A stretch of 64,000 bases of DNA from Candidatus Binatia bacterium (GTDB lineage Bacteria; Desulfobacterota; Binatia; UBA9968; CAXXLF01): positions 320,001 to 384,000 of the forward strand of contig CAXXLF010000002.1 of assembly GCA_963664015.2 (NCBI GenBank), written 5' to 3'. The position numbers and the translations under genes are program-made. The notes below the pieces were generated by a model. It worked only from the letters and a program-made list of their open reading frames with translations. It was not told the origin of the DNA and did not search any database. Below are positions 62,405-64,000 of the stretch, piece by piece; position 1 is the first letter of the stretch, and each line of letters begins with the position of its first letter.

Positions 62405-63291
62405 AATATTTGGCCAAGTAGCAATAGCGCACGGTGTGGGACCGGGTGATTTTGAGATGTTAGCCATAAACCGCGCATCTTTGACAGCCTTCTGGAAAAC
62501 CGATTCGTGAAGGTGGTGACGCCGCTTCTCTCTTGTGAGCGAATCGATGTAATAACTGGTCACTGGAAAAACCCATTGCCAGCACTCGGATATTTGCGCT
62601 CAAAGGCATCGGGAAGGCTAACGCGCCCTAGGCCCTGCCTCAAGTCTTCCTCATGCTGTCGCTTCACGGTCTGCAAGTGTCGCAGGAGCGGGCCCTTCGC
62701 AGCAACAGGAAGCATTGTATATCGATCCTTGTCGCCCTTCCCCGTCCGAACGACGACGTGATTCTTAGTGAAGTCAATGTCTTTGACTCTCAAGCGGCAA
62801 CACTCCATGAGCCGCAGTCCAGCGCCATACAAAAGCAGGGCCATTAACCACGGAGCACCATCTAGACAGCCCATGAGCCGCCCTACTTCTTCTTTTGTAA
62901 GAACCACCGGCAAGCGTGTTGCTTTCTTGGCCCGAACAACTCCCTGAACGAGGCCGATCTTTTTTTCCAGAACTTGATGGTAGAAAATCAGGAGCGCATT
63001 CAATGCCTGGTTATGAGTGGAGGCGCTGACGCGGCGCTCCATGGCCAGGCTCGACAGGAAGCAAGCGATCTCTTGCTCACCCATTTCGGCCGGATGGCAC
63101 TTTCGATGGAAGAAGATGAACCGTTTGATCCAACCAACGTACGCTTGCTCTGTACTGTAACTCAGGTGGCGAGCACGAATAGCCTCGCACACCTGGTCGA
63201 GCAGTCGAGATTTGCCTACCGCCGGTTGGCCGTTTCGACCGATCGTTTTGAGCCTGTGGTAGACCAGGCTTTTTACTTTGGAATCCTCCAT
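62405..63291 (-). pseudogene. intI: Integron integrase IntI, frameshifted and lacking the catalytic C-terminus
   Basis: RLLDQV, STEQAYVGWIKRFIFFH, VSASTHNQALNAL, LLYGAGLRLMEC, GKGDKDR, IntI-specific patch VSLPDAFERKYP|WQWVFP...RRHHLHESVFQKAVK. The LLGH and Tyr motifs are missing. Confidence 0.93.
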
Positions 63292-63311
63292 AAGAACCTC
63301 CTTTCTCATCC

Positions 63312-64000
63312 TCAGTGAAAATCCCGGCTGGAAGTACCGACTATCTTTTTGAGATCGACCTTCGGGGTCCAGAGTTGCTGGGCTACCAGGTGGACGACGC
63401 CCTGCTTGACCTGAAGGGTTCCGGTGATGCCAAGGAACGCGGCGGTCTTGGCCACGACCGAGTAGCGCTCGAAGACACTGTCCCAGATGACCAGGTTCAC
63501 GAAGCCGCTCTCATCGTCCAGCGTCATAAAGACCACGCCGCCGGCGGTACCCGGCCGCTGGCGGCAGATCACCTGCCCTGCGTAGCGAATCTTTTTGCCG
63601 TCGGGCATGGAGGCCACGGTGCGGGCGTCGGGAAGACCCTGCGCCTTGAGCTGCTCGCGGAGCGGGGCCAGTGGGTGATGCCTGGGGCTGTGCTGGGTAC
63701 GGAGGTAGTCCCACGCGACCTCTTCGAAGGCGTTCAAGGGTTCGAAGGCCGGTTTGCCTTCGCAGTCCACCATGGAAAGGGACTCGTCTCGTGTATGGAC
63801 GAGCTGGCGCACCTCCCAGATGGCCGTGCGCCGGTCGAGACCGAAGCCCTCGCAGGCCCCCGCTTCGGCCAGGGCACCGAGCAGGCCCACATCGAGCCTG
63901 GTACGGCGGACAAAATCTGCAAGCGATACGAAACGGGAGTGACGCGCAGATTCAATCCTCCTCCAGTCACCGGCACTGAGCCCTTTCACGTACCGAAGCC
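63312..64000 (-). CDS. dnaE2: Error-prone DNA polymerase DnaE2 (ImuC), C-terminal part
   Basis: RQRPGTAGGVVFMTLDDESGFVNLVIW OB-fold and the diagnostic terminal SRDFH. Confidence 0.95.
   Translation of the reverse strand, partial: LRYVKGLSAGDWRRIESARHSRFVSLADFVRRTRLDVGLLGALAEAGACEGFGLDRRTAIWEVRQLVHTRDESLSMVDCEGKPAFEPLNAFEEVAWDYLRTQHSPRHHPLAPLREQLKAQGLPDARTVASMPDGKKIRYAGQVICRQRPGTAGGVVFMTLDDESGFVNLVIWDSVFERYSVVAKTAAFLGITGTLQVKQGVVHLVAQQLWTPKVDLKKIVGTSSRDFH

Noticed and set aside
63150-63165. CTGT-N8-TCAG as a LexA box
   Set aside because: Lies inside the intI coding region, is mismatched, and the host LexA motif is unknown.

Overview
About 64 kb of bacterial chromosome. The gene content (three amidohydrolase_2 paralogues, two ornithine-cyclodeaminase-like genes, UbiD, Rieske oxygenase, TAXI, CoA-transferase, AOR) resembles Binatota or other deltaproteobacteria-like lineages; this taxon guess is inference only. 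It holds mostly catabolic and transport genes, three tRNAs (Arg-CCT, Lys-TTT, Glu-TTC) and many decayed genes. Structure the ORF track misses: (1) a ~4.5 kb tyrosine-integrase element at tRNA-Arg whose cargo is an integron-type cassette array (two attC sites with extrahelical bases, an MscS cassette, an attI-like start) but no integron integrase; (2) a decayed integron at the right end whose intI is co-oriented with its cassettes and starts 20 nt after dnaE2, as if appended to the SOS mutagenesis operon; (3) a hidden peroxiredoxin-like selenoprotein (W-U-P-W-C) with an fdhF-like SECIS hairpin 11 nt after the UGA; (4) an integrase-less 7.8 kb island at tRNA-Glu carrying a polyamine ABC transporter; (5) an orphan cluster of two His-rich LVIVD beta-propeller paralogues, a BNR propeller and a stand-alone PEP-utiliser-like domain. 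All family calls are by motif recognition, with no database searches.
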